A stretch of DNA of 20,000 bases from an uncultured virus (IMG/VR IMGVR_UViG_3300030372_002776) (lineage: Duplodnaviria; Heunggongvirae; Uroviricota; Caudoviricetes), in IMG/VR virus record IMGVR_UViG_3300030372_002776. One strand, given 5' to 3'. The notes beneath the pieces are model-generated. The model saw only the letters and a list, made by a program, of their open reading frames with translations. It had not been told where the DNA came from and did no database searches. Position numbers and translations under genes: made by a program. Shown here one piece after another: positions 8,801-16,068 of the stretch. Every line of letters starts with the position of its first letter. Within the stretch, counting starts at the first letter, position 1.

Positions 8801-11576
8801 CGTCATCGCTACTAGGAGCCGTAGCTGCTCGTATAAAGTGATTTAAGGTTGTTAAAGTATCACTAGGCTGTAAAACCGCTCCTTTTCCAGAGCCAGTAAG
8901 ACAAGAATATCTTCCAGAAGTTAATTGTTGATCTACTCCCGCGTTGATTGTCTCATTAACTGAATTAGTAAGATCAACTTCATGAAGAATAGGTTCTGAA
9001 ATATCTGTAGTAATACCGTTATTAATAATTCCTATGTTATTAATTTGTTTTTGAGAAGTAATTCCCATTTCTCTTAAAACAGTTTGAGGGTTAAATAAAA
9101 GAGTATTTGATTTTTCTGACCCTCTATGAATAAATTCATATGTTGCTCGGTTTATCCCACTATTCCAATCTTCTGGATTAGGTCTAGGATCGCCTGATGT
9201 ACCAAATGTAAAACCGGGCATATCGTGGAATTTAATTATTATGTCTTTTGTTGACCCAGCTAAAGGTGGAATTCCTTCTTGAGTAAATCTTCCGTTAGAA
9301 TATCCTTCTCCGGGTTCATCAATGGTTATGGTTAATTCTCCAATATTCCAAACCAAAGATGCGGTTACATCAGGAACTGCGCCGCTATCTGTTTGTGTTC
9401 CGTAGACTCTTTTATCTGAAGGATATCTAAATGTCCAACTGCCGCTAAACCTAGTTCCTTCAGAATCTAACCCAATAAAGTCATCGTCGCTTCCCCCGCT
9501 AAATCTAGACTCCATTGTAATTGTGCCATTGGCTGTAAAAGGAATATTATGGGTTGTAAAATCATCAGTACCGCTGACAATCGCATTAGCTTTAGTTATT
9601 GCTGAATGAAAAGGAAACATTAGATTAACAAATGAGTTTTTGTTTGCTCCTGTTGTTAAATAAAAAGGCACTCCTTGACCAAACCCAGTAAAAGTATTAA
9701 AACTTACATTAGAAGGATTAATTGTATTTCCGTATTGGTTTCCTCCACTAGCAACAATAGGACCATTCATAAAAGATCTATAAGTAGAATCTATAGATGA
9801 TGGATAAAAATCGCTATCAACTGCATGACCGGGATACCAGTTGGTTCCTATAAAGTTTGGTGTAATATTTCCTAAAGGTTTTTCTGCAACGGAAAAAACA
9901 AACTCTAATTTGTTTTGAAAAATTTCAGATACTTGTCCAACACCTAATGGATTCATATTTGTTTCACCATAAGAAGTTAATCCAAGTCTTGTTCCTGTAT
10001 TGTCAAATTTTACACAGCCCTCTCCACCAATATCAACGTATTTTTGTATAATAGGAATTGGATCTTCTGTTAATCTGTCACAAATAAATAGTCCATTAGT
10101 ATCTTTATTTATTTTTAATTTTGCGTTTCCTCCGGACCTAGCTACTATTTCCATTAGTGTTTTTATAGTAGCTTCTTGATCTCCTGTAGAGATATTAAAA
10201 TCAACTTGAGTTGTTACCGCTCCGTTTTCATACCAAACACTTCCTAAAGCATAATTATGATTTAGTTCTCCGTAATTCCATCCACACCCTGCTTGTGTTT
10301 GAAAGTCTGCACCATCGGGGTTAAATCGAGAACATCTAGAATTTAAATCAATTCCGTTTAAATCAATTAGTCTAGTTGTTTCAGTAATTTCAGGAGCTTG
10401 AAATCCTAAAGATCTAGGAAAGGCTGAAGTTCGATATTTTATCTCTTCTCCGCCAAAATCTTTTTCGGTTTTTACTAGTTTAATTCTATATCTAGAACCA
10501 TCATTTTGAACTCTAGGAATAATTCCTTCTGTTTTTCCAATATCATCTTTAGTAAATTTTATTTTAGCGAATCTAGATTTATGATTAAGTAATACAAATT
10601 GTCCTAAAAAGGAGCCGTAATAATTATCACTACTGCTTGAACTTTCATATATTTTAATAATATCCCCTTTACTAAAAAGGGGATTTTCTTCATTAAAGTC
10701 TTTAAATGTTCTTTGAAGGTTTCCGGCCTTATCGCCTTTTTGGTCTATTTCATATCCGTTAAAAAATCCGCTTTCATCAAATTGAATAATAAATTCAATT
10801 ATTACTGCTGAATTAGAATTTACATCATTATGTTCGTATTCTTTTATAATAATTGGGTTTTCATCAAAATCTGTTTTATATAATTCTTTGTATCCTGCTT
10901 TTACTTCTTTATTTAAAAGAATAGCAGAAGTACCAAAAGCTTTTAATTTTATTAAATTATTTCCTTCTCCTGTTTTATATCCTTCACGAATATAATCAAT
11001 AACGTCTTTAGTAACGCTTCCATAATCAACTGATTGTAAGCTTAGGTTTTTTTCTTCTATTTTCCATACGGTAATAAACTTTTTCTTATAGTTTAAAGAG
11101 TATCCAGAATCGTATGAATTAGACAAAGAATTCCAAACATAATCTTGTGTAGATCCTTGAACTTCTTCTATTGTTGTGTTTCCGTCTTTGTCTTTAATTT
11201 CTACCGTTGTAGGAGGAGACTGAGTAAGTCCAACATTAATAGCTATTAAAAATTCATTCGTTTCGTCTACTGTAAGCCATTTAAAAAAGAAATCATCTTC
11301 ATCGTCTGGGATATAAATTTCGGTTCCTGTTGATCCACCAATAGTTAAATCTAAAGTATTAAATACCATAGCATTTGGAGCTAAATCAACATCCTCAACG
11401 TATTCTTCTGCTTTACCGGGAAAATAATCAAAACCATTTCTTTTTTCAAAAGAGTTTTCAATAGTTAAAAATACATTATCTAATTCCTGAGCTTCTGAAG
11501 GTAATCGTTTTGTTACCGGCTGCCTGCCGACTCCTCCGGCAAGAGAATAAATAGGAAGTCTAATTTGTTGTGACAT
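5847..11576 (-). CDS. gp12: Tail tubular protein B / nozzle (T7 gp12-like), enlarged to 1909 aa
   Basis: N-terminus IYSLAGGVGRQPVTKRLPSEAQELDN...EKRNG resembles gp12 IKNLKGGISQQPDILRYPDQG...QKRPP. Core TMPLL...GTLSTNPGPSAFIG..KINDVTFWRDRFWMCAEDNVFCSKVGDFFNLW...DTDPVDV resembles gp12 TMPHAL...GDVDTNPWPSFVGSSINDVFFFRNRLGFLSGENIILSRTAKYFNFY...DDDPIDV. Syntenic after the gp11-like gene. Confidence 0.92.
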   Translation of the reverse strand: MSQQIRLPIYSLAGGVGRQPVTKRLPSEAQELDNVFLTIENSFEKRNGFDYFPGKAEEYVEDVDLAPNAMVFNTLDLTIGGSTGTEIYIPDDEDDFFFKWLTVDETNEFLIAINVGLTQSPPTTVEIKDKDGNTTIEEVQGSTQDYVWNSLSNSYDSGYSLNYKKKFITVWKIEEKNLSLQSVDYGSVTKDVIDYIREGYKTGEGNNLIKLKAFGTSAILLNKEVKAGYKELYKTDFDENPIIIKEYEHNDVNSNSAVIIEFIIQFDESGFFNGYEIDQKGDKAGNLQRTFKDFNEENPLFSKGDIIKIYESSSSSDNYYGSFLGQFVLLNHKSRFAKIKFTKDDIGKTEGIIPRVQNDGSRYRIKLVKTEKDFGGEEIKYRTSAFPRSLGFQAPEITETTRLIDLNGIDLNSRCSRFNPDGADFQTQAGCGWNYGELNHNYALGSVWYENGAVTTQVDFNISTGDQEATIKTLMEIVARSGGNAKLKINKDTNGLFICDRLTEDPIPIIQKYVDIGGEGCVKFDNTGTRLGLTSYGETNMNPLGVGQVSEIFQNKLEFVFSVAEKPLGNITPNFIGTNWYPGHAVDSDFYPSSIDSTYRSFMNGPIVASGGNQYGNTINPSNVSFNTFTGFGQGVPFYLTTGANKNSFVNLMFPFHSAITKANAIVSGTDDFTTHNIPFTANGTITMESRFSGGSDDDFIGLDSEGTRFSGSWTFRYPSDKRVYGTQTDSGAVPDVTASLVWNIGELTITIDEPGEGYSNGRFTQEGIPPLAGSTKDIIIKFHDMPGFTFGTSGDPRPNPEDWNSGINRATYEFIHRGSEKSNTLLFNPQTVLREMGITSQKQINNIGIINNGITTDISEPILHEVDLTNSVNETINAGVDQQLTSGRYSCLTGSGKGAVLQPSDTLTTLNHFIRAATAPSSDDGTKLNLLNATHALTLDNDSNSVVLKQIKGSTGAILDIPKVPYITDVNFFAAASQDSLYVNKEMDLNFTEDLKIKYNRSKHQPIGDNIVLSTSTALDIGQSIQNFSLIPIPPTNDDDFTDLNGAEESLSFLYAEDTVGDADGRGKVFVTRESYLTKPSAFFRTVSFEDRGSPFYEQVRAESPYGSFDTRTMPLLFDFVTSENTWRFLKAPFKDRLTGTLSTNPGPSAFIGANNERVRKKINDVTFWRDRFWMCAEDNVFCSKVGDFFNLWIDDPDNIVDTDPVDVRTGRGDLVTISHLVPFESYMFVSTLNDIQFELLGSENQITPLTAELQATAFYSTDPVTQPQLLGSQVYFFAPQKIYLYYGSGSSNVANAAEVTFQAEGYLPKTFQDIATSAIKSLITLVDRENQNVLYFYTSRFSGDKIIQNSLHKWTTDTTDRIKSINFIDDVLYSVVLRPYKKPSGEESSQFFIQKTSVVTEDETYPRIDRRVSMSLFEDLLKVKEIESDWGKILTFTIKSNNTSGYQVGDTLTFENKVIPGSAGGNINTNPGSGLILQVTEVETIGKIKSVALQSGGSGYLLPSDLGIADDSVEGILTADSQLSNLYRKPTNTNVLTSASISGLPDVAPDPGSNPTINTSKNGTFAVRPESVNYKVPQGYRKGDVLEQNTTSGSGTGLSIRITKHEDKNIGDVYSVYGVPVQWEILKHGKGFEVGNRVDFKNLPGTTVAPNFKVKSIITNINFNTVYSSSSGNTTFTLPVHNSKLDKAIVGLNQTDIGEELTIVSSISNNGKKTQVTVSGDQRSSNVTSTEDYGQIEITASSFEDFGRNADRYIQEFLEYGLLFNFLDNEAKKTENWFGTSFTMRATLSELVFRDQTNNALDGVLNIKNISMKFYKTGKFNFEVKRKQYNNNTDIVITDPFYKQRINSESFTSSHLGVQENGEFMAKVMSFAHNAEISFVSSYHEPVNIANIEFRGIFSPRMSSIRN

Positions 11577-11578
11577 AT

Positions 11579-12331
11579 TCAGCCCTTTGCCTTCCAGTAT
11601 CGTATATCTCTTCTATGACCAAAGTTTCGACGAGTAGCTCTTACAATAGCATTATCGCCTACGGAGAAGATATTTCTTTTTCTGTCATTAATATCAGATG
11701 CTTTAGCCTTAGCCATAAACATCTGCTCACGGCCCCCTAGAAGCTTGTCTGCGCCTGCGTCTCCCTGAGTAGCCATTTGGTACATTCTTTCAGCGGTGGC
11801 TGTAATGGCCCTCTGCGTGGCTGTGTCGATGTTCTCGAAGGATACAAAAAGATCCATGAGAACTGTATATTCAGTATTGAGATCAAATTCAGCGGTTTGA
11901 TTTGTAGTATTATAAAGAAAGTTTTTATTTGCGTCTGCGGTTACAATAGTTCCTAGACCTGTAAAAGTACTTCCAATTCTATCAAAGCCATAAATAAGCT
12001 TTCCATCTGTATCATAATGAGGCGAAATAAGCTCTGCTGAAATAAGAGATCCATCTGTAGGAGTATCAGAATATGCGTATCCTAAATCAATATATCCGTT
12101 GCCTGACGAGGGTGTAACGCTGCTTGCGCTTAGGGCTGTAGCTGAGGGGGTATATTTCTTTTCAAACTGATTATTAGTAAGGCCTCTAATTTGGTAGTCC
12201 ATTACTACTTGATTAAAAATCTGATTTGCTACTCCTGTTTCGACTGACGTATCTGTTAACGCTGTAATGATAGATTCACCGGATGCTAAAAGCATTTGGT
12301 TAATACAGTCAAGCTTACTCATCAAGCCCAT
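11579..12331 (-). CDS. gp11: Tail tubular protein A / gatekeeper (T7 gp11-like)
   Basis: SKLDCINQMLLASGESIITAL resembles gp11 [20 protein letters not shown]; C-terminal FENIDTATQRAITATAERMYQ helix pattern; lies between capsid and tubular B; AGGAG RBS. Confidence 0.88.
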   Translation of the reverse strand: MGLMSKLDCINQMLLASGESIITALTDTSVETGVANQIFNQVVMDYQIRGLTNNQFEKKYTPSATALSASSVTPSSGNGYIDLGYAYSDTPTDGSLISAELISPHYDTDGKLIYGFDRIGSTFTGLGTIVTADANKNFLYNTTNQTAEFDLNTEYTVLMDLFVSFENIDTATQRAITATAERMYQMATQGDAGADKLLGGREQMFMAKAKASDINDRKRNIFSVGDNAIVRATRRNFGHRRDIRYWKAKG

Positions 12332-12350
12332 AGGAGTCTCCTTTTAAAAG

Positions 12351-12388
12351 TTAAAAAATCCGACCCGCCCCCTTTCGGGGACGAGCCG
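12351..12388 (-). terminator. Rho-independent terminator after the capsid gene (positional analogue of T7 Tphi)
   Basis: Minus strand CGGCTCGTCCCC-GAAA-GGGGGCGGGTCG forms a 12-bp stem (3 G-U pairs) with a GNRA loop, followed by GATTTTTTAAC. Confidence 0.85.
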
Positions 12389-12430
12389 TTTGAAATGTAT
12401 GCATGTATATAAAAATATATACAGAAAGAA

Positions 12431-13750
12431 TTAACCGAATGGGTAGTTTGAAGTACCAGCGGTTGAACCGAAGTCTGCAACCATATGCATAAGAGCGCGG
12501 GCATCTGTGCCTGCGCCTGCTGCACGGGTAATACTAGCGTTCGAGCTAACAAGAGCAACACATTCTGGACGTAAAGTACCAGTTCCGCCCATCATGGATG
12601 CAACGGTAAAGTTGGTGTTACGTCGAACGTCTTCTACGGTATCAACCTTCATGCCTTGAAGCGAGAGCGCACAAACTGACTCTGGCTTCCACATGATTGA
12701 TTGTAGATTAGCATCTAAGAAGCCAAGGTTATACTTATCATCACCAATAGCATCAATAGCTGCGGTAGTAGCATAACCACCATTGTCTTGACCCTTATTT
12801 TCACCAGCAATGTTCTTGACATTTCCGGCAAACAAAGTCTTAAGGTGGTTGCTCTTAACGATAGTCATTCCCATGTAATCAAGGGTATCGCTAAGTGCGT
12901 TGTAGCCATCTTCAAGACCATTACCAAGACCACCAGCTTCTGCAACACCACCGAACATTGGGCGACCAGCACCACCAAGTAGGGAGGAGTTATCTCTGGC
13001 TACACCAAGGGCGCGGATGTCAGCAAAGGTTTGTGGGGTAACAGCGCAGAAAGTTCCTTCTGCAAGAATGTTGTTTTCCTGTAAGTGAACATGGAATTCT
13101 TCAATCTGCTGTAGAAGGAGAAGGGCTGCATCAGTTCTCTGAGCAGCAGTACCACTTCCGCTGGCATTACCAAGGTGAGCATGAGTAGCTGAACCAAAGA
13201 TCTTACCGGCAATGTTACCAGAGCTTTCACCAGCAGTTGCGTTAGAAGTAAATGCAGTACCATCAGTGGCACCAGCACGAACGAGAGCCGCAAGAATCTG
13301 CTTATCTCTAGCGTTAGCAAGAGTAAGACCAGATTGACGAGCAAGCTCACTACGGTATTCCCACTGTGAAATCATAGCATCAATGTTATCAATTTCAAAG
13401 TGAGCAGCGTAAGGACGATTGTCCAAACGAACGGCAATGGTATCAGAACCATAGCCATTAGTTGGCTGGTTACCGAGTAGCTCTTGACCAGCACCCCATG
13501 ATGCCTTAAGATCAACAGTACCAGTAACGGGGAATTCCATTACGCGGCCACTGGAGATGGTTTTAGCAGTTACGAGGGGTTCGAAAACTCTATAGTGATC
13601 GTAAGCAGTAATAACTTCACCGGACCATACGGGAAGCCATAGTTTATTAGCACCAGATACGCCGCCGGTGGTTCCGAGGAATGCCTCTGCGTTATATGCA
13701 TTACTTGCATTTGCGCCGCGACCAAATCCCATATTAGCTAGAGCAGTCAT
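12431..13750 (-). CDS. gp10: Major capsid protein (T7 gp10-like, HK97 fold)
   Basis: LWLPVWSGEVITAY...KTISSGRVMEFPVTG resembles gp10 LFLKVFGGEVLTAF...RSISSGKSAQFPVLG; YRSELARQSGLTLANARDKQI and C-terminal VASMMGGTGTLRPECVA also match the family pattern. GAAAGGAAA RBS; lies downstream of the scaffold gene. Confidence 0.95.
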   Translation of the reverse strand: MTALANMGFGRGANASNAYNAEAFLGTTGGVSGANKLWLPVWSGEVITAYDHYRVFEPLVTAKTISSGRVMEFPVTGTVDLKASWGAGQELLGNQPTNGYGSDTIAVRLDNRPYAAHFEIDNIDAMISQWEYRSELARQSGLTLANARDKQILAALVRAGATDGTAFTSNATAGESSGNIAGKIFGSATHAHLGNASGSGTAAQRTDAALLLLQQIEEFHVHLQENNILAEGTFCAVTPQTFADIRALGVARDNSSLLGGAGRPMFGGVAEAGGLGNGLEDGYNALSDTLDYMGMTIVKSNHLKTLFAGNVKNIAGENKGQDNGGYATTAAIDAIGDDKYNLGFLDANLQSIMWKPESVCALSLQGMKVDTVEDVRRNTNFTVASMMGGTGTLRPECVALVSSNASITRAAGAGTDARALMHMVADFGSTAGTSNYPFG

Positions 13751-13784
13751 GATTATTTCCTTTCAAAGAATTTGACTATCTATA

Positions 13785-13916
13785 TAAAATAAAAAGAGGG
13801 TGATTATCACACGCTTTGATTATTCCTTGAAAGGAGTCTTAGCGAGGTGTCTTACGGCGAAAAGCCATCCATTGCCCGAAGGGGGATTTGCTATCCGATT
13901 TCGACGTAATCAACCT
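13785..13916 (-). promoter_or_regulatory. Putative structured cis-regulatory RNA in the scaffold-capsid intergenic leader
   Basis: Outer stem AGGUUGAUUA/UAAUCACCCU encloses two hairpins (13858-13897 with a C-UUCG-G loop; 13808-13849 GA-C-UCCU-UUCA-AGGA-AUAA-UC), followed by CUUUUUAUUUU. Folded by eye only. Confidence 0.55.
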
Positions 13917-13919
13917 AAC

Positions 13920-14855
13920 TTATAACTGACCGCCTTGAGCTTCATAAGTTAAACGTAACTTATTCTCAACAGCGGCTCTGTATTTTGGATCTCTAGTATA
14001 TCTTTTATCTCTCATTGCAGCAAGCATAAGATCCCGAGAACCAAAAGGTTCTTCTACGGAACCAACATTAGCTGTTGGCTGTGCTTGTTCTACCATGCTG
14101 GTAGGCTCTTTTGTTTTCTGAGAGGATACAGAAGATTCATACTTAGTTTTTAACCCAAGCATTACGGTCTCCCACGCAGGGGTTCGCAATCCTTCGTTAA
14201 TTTTAGCTCGTTCGTCAGCAGGAAGATTCTTGGAAGCCCATGACATAAGAGTGTTAAGCTCTTGCTCAGACCCAACTACATTAGCTGCTTCATTAACAGC
14301 TTGCTTCATCATAGCTTTTCTTCCGGCTACAATTTCATTGATAATAGCATCTTGAACACCGAATTCAGCTTTGATAGATTCTCTTGTAGCGTCTGTAAGA
14401 TTTCCATTATTATTATCAATTTCAAGTCCCCATTCAGCCCAGTTTTCAGGTTGAATAACTTTACCATTAGGAGCCACCGTTTCCTCTGGCTCTTCTGAAG
14501 GAGCTTCTGGAATTTCCAGCTTATCCATATCTAACTGAGGAGCTTCCTCTACAGGAGCCTCTGGCTCTTCTGGAGCCACATAGTTGGGGTTTTCGGTCCC
14601 TTCTTGGTATTGTTTCTTTAGATCAGAAACCTCTTGACGGGCCTTAGTATACTCTGCTTGTGCGCCCTTGAGTGAATCAAACCACGCACCGGCATCCTTA
14701 AAGTTCTCAGGAATTGCCTCTCCGTTTTCCTGTACATGCCTTTCAAAGGCTTGTCTTTCATTGTTTACTTGAGTTTGTTCTGGAGTCATCCCTTGAGATT
14801 GTTCCGTGGTTGTTGCTTCTGGAGCAGCCTGTGGAGTCTCGTTATTATTATCCAT
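13920..14855 (-). CDS. gp9: Capsid assembly scaffolding protein (T7 gp9-like)
   Basis: Acidic E/P/A-rich protein. C-terminal FGSRDLMLAAMRDKRYTRDPKYRAAVENKL resembles gp9 FADRSEMIKAMSDPRYRTDANYRRQVEQKV; VVGSEQELNTLMSWASKNL matches the central helix motif. Immediately upstream of the capsid gene. Confidence 0.92.
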   Translation of the reverse strand: MDNNNETPQAAPEATTTEQSQGMTPEQTQVNNERQAFERHVQENGEAIPENFKDAGAWFDSLKGAQAEYTKARQEVSDLKKQYQEGTENPNYVAPEEPEAPVEEAPQLDMDKLEIPEAPSEEPEETVAPNGKVIQPENWAEWGLEIDNNNGNLTDATRESIKAEFGVQDAIINEIVAGRKAMMKQAVNEAANVVGSEQELNTLMSWASKNLPADERAKINEGLRTPAWETVMLGLKTKYESSVSSQKTKEPTSMVEQAQPTANVGSVEEPFGSRDLMLAAMRDKRYTRDPKYRAAVENKLRLTYEAQGGQL

Positions 14856-14864
14856 TTAAATCTC

Positions 14865-15137
14865 CTAAGTTGTCCCCTTGGGGGACGAAAAAAGTATTTT
14901 TACTGTTAAGTATGTAACCCATAAAAAAAGTAAAGCGTACAGTAAGCCGAGTGGAGAGGTATAAAAGCCTCTGCTTGCTTCTAGGGTTGTTTCGTGTAAT
15001 GCCATGATGGCGTTTGTATTCTCTCTTGCTTGTTCGGATATGCTTTGTTGCATTTTCACAGCATCACAAGAAGAAAGAAAACCAAATATTCCTAAAAGAA
15101 ATAATAAGAATGATTTTTTACTTACAAAATCAATCAT
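14865..15137 (-). CDS. Small lipoprotein with C-terminal TM helix (unimolecular-spanin-like architecture)
   Basis: KK, then a hydrophobic stretch, then lipobox LSS|C (Cys24); ~37-aa soluble segment; second hydrophobic helix LGLLYALLFLWVTYLTV. ATGA overlap with the upstream holin-like gene. Confidence 0.6.
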   Translation of the reverse strand: MIDFVSKKSFLLFLLGIFGFLSSCDAVKMQQSISEQARENTNAIMALHETTLEASRGFYTSPLGLLYALLFLWVTYLTVKILFSSPKGTT

Positions 15138-15589
15138 GTCTTTCTACCCCCGGCAGCATTGCCAAAGTAGAATCCAACAATTGCAAGAAGCACTTGTCTG
15201 TTTTCTGAAGTGAAAAGATATCCATTGATTGTTTCAAAGGATGTATCTTCCCATTCACCAAATAGTCCCCAAAAAGGACCAACTACATTTTCTTTAAGTT
15301 CTACAACTGTAGAAATATTAAAGAAAGGAAGAACAAAAGGGGCAATCATGGTGGCAAACAAGATGGCAAGTACAATAATTCGTCTTGTTACTTTGCCAGC
15401 ATCATGAGGAACCCTTTGAATGGCCGCATTTCTAGATTCGGTATTAGCACTAATCATTTTTAGTGTATTATCAAATCGTTGCTGTTCCATTGCGCGGCGT
15501 TCGGCCATAGATCTAAACAAAAATCCGGTAATCGATCCGCCAATCATCGTAATGAATTCTGGCGCAAGTAAAGCTGAAATGGGGTCCAT
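15134..15589 (-). CDS. Putative holin (resembles GTA-type 3TM holins)
   Basis: Hydrophobic N-terminal segment, charged linker, TM segment RRIIVLAILFATMIAPFVLPFF, and C-terminal LLAIVGFYFG followed by a basic tail. AGGAG RBS. Confidence 0.6.
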   Translation of the reverse strand: MDPISALLAPEFITMIGGSITGFLFRSMAERRAMEQQRFDNTLKMISANTESRNAAIQRVPHDAGKVTRRIIVLAILFATMIAPFVLPFFNISTVVELKENVVGPFWGLFGEWEDTSFETINGYLFTSENRQVLLAIVGFYFGNAAGGRKT

Positions 15590-15601
15590 GTTATTCTCCT
15601 A

Positions 15602-16057
15602 TTAAGTTGAGGCTACAAATACTTCAAGATCAACAGTAGCAGTATCTGCTTTTGCTTTTACGCTAGTAATATCCCCGAAGGATATTGCACCGTGAGCAAT
15701 AACAGCGTTGTTTGCATCTAGATCATCGCTATAGAGAACAAAGCTTTCTCCTGCTTTTAATTTAAAGTAAGATGCGTCACCTGATGCTTCTAAGCCAAGA
15801 GTAACGAAGTTGGTATCGTCTTTATTAGTAACTCTAATATATTTAACACCAGAGTTAACAAATGTTCCGCTGCTGACCGCAGCACCCATAGCCGCTACGG
15901 TATACAAAGCATCGGTTGGAATTGTCATAATTCTATGATCTACTTCGTTTACCGAAGCGATTGTTAATGAGTTAGTTACGCCTCTGTCTACTCCATTGAG
16001 AGTCAATGCCTCAGTGTGAGTAACAGTAAGCGTAGCTGGTGAAATTGTACTTGCCAT
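15602..16057 (-). CDS. Small beta-rich virion structural protein (candidate decoration protein)
   Basis: A/T/V/S-rich with alternating beta-strand pattern (YIRVTNKDDTNFVTL, FKLKAGESFVL, AKADTATVDLEVFVAS). AAGGA RBS; within the structural operon. Confidence 0.6.
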   Translation of the reverse strand: MASTISPATLTVTHTEALTLNGVDRGVTNSLTIASVNEVDHRIMTIPTDALYTVAAMGAAVSSGTFVNSGVKYIRVTNKDDTNFVTLGLEASGDASYFKLKAGESFVLYSDDLDANNAVIAHGAISFGDITSVKAKADTATVDLEVFVAST

Positions 16058-16068
16058 TTTTTATTTCC

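Noticed and set aside
6522..8903. Intein in the nozzle protein (SCLTG ... VHNS)
   Set aside because: The interval contains the conserved gp12 core and has no intein block B or LAGLIDADG motifs, so the match is coincidental.
12322..12561. Possible T7 10B-style frameshift extension of the capsid (79-aa alternative frame)
   Set aside because: No clear slippery sequence near the capsid 3' end. The frame runs through the terminator and its product does not look like a folded domain.
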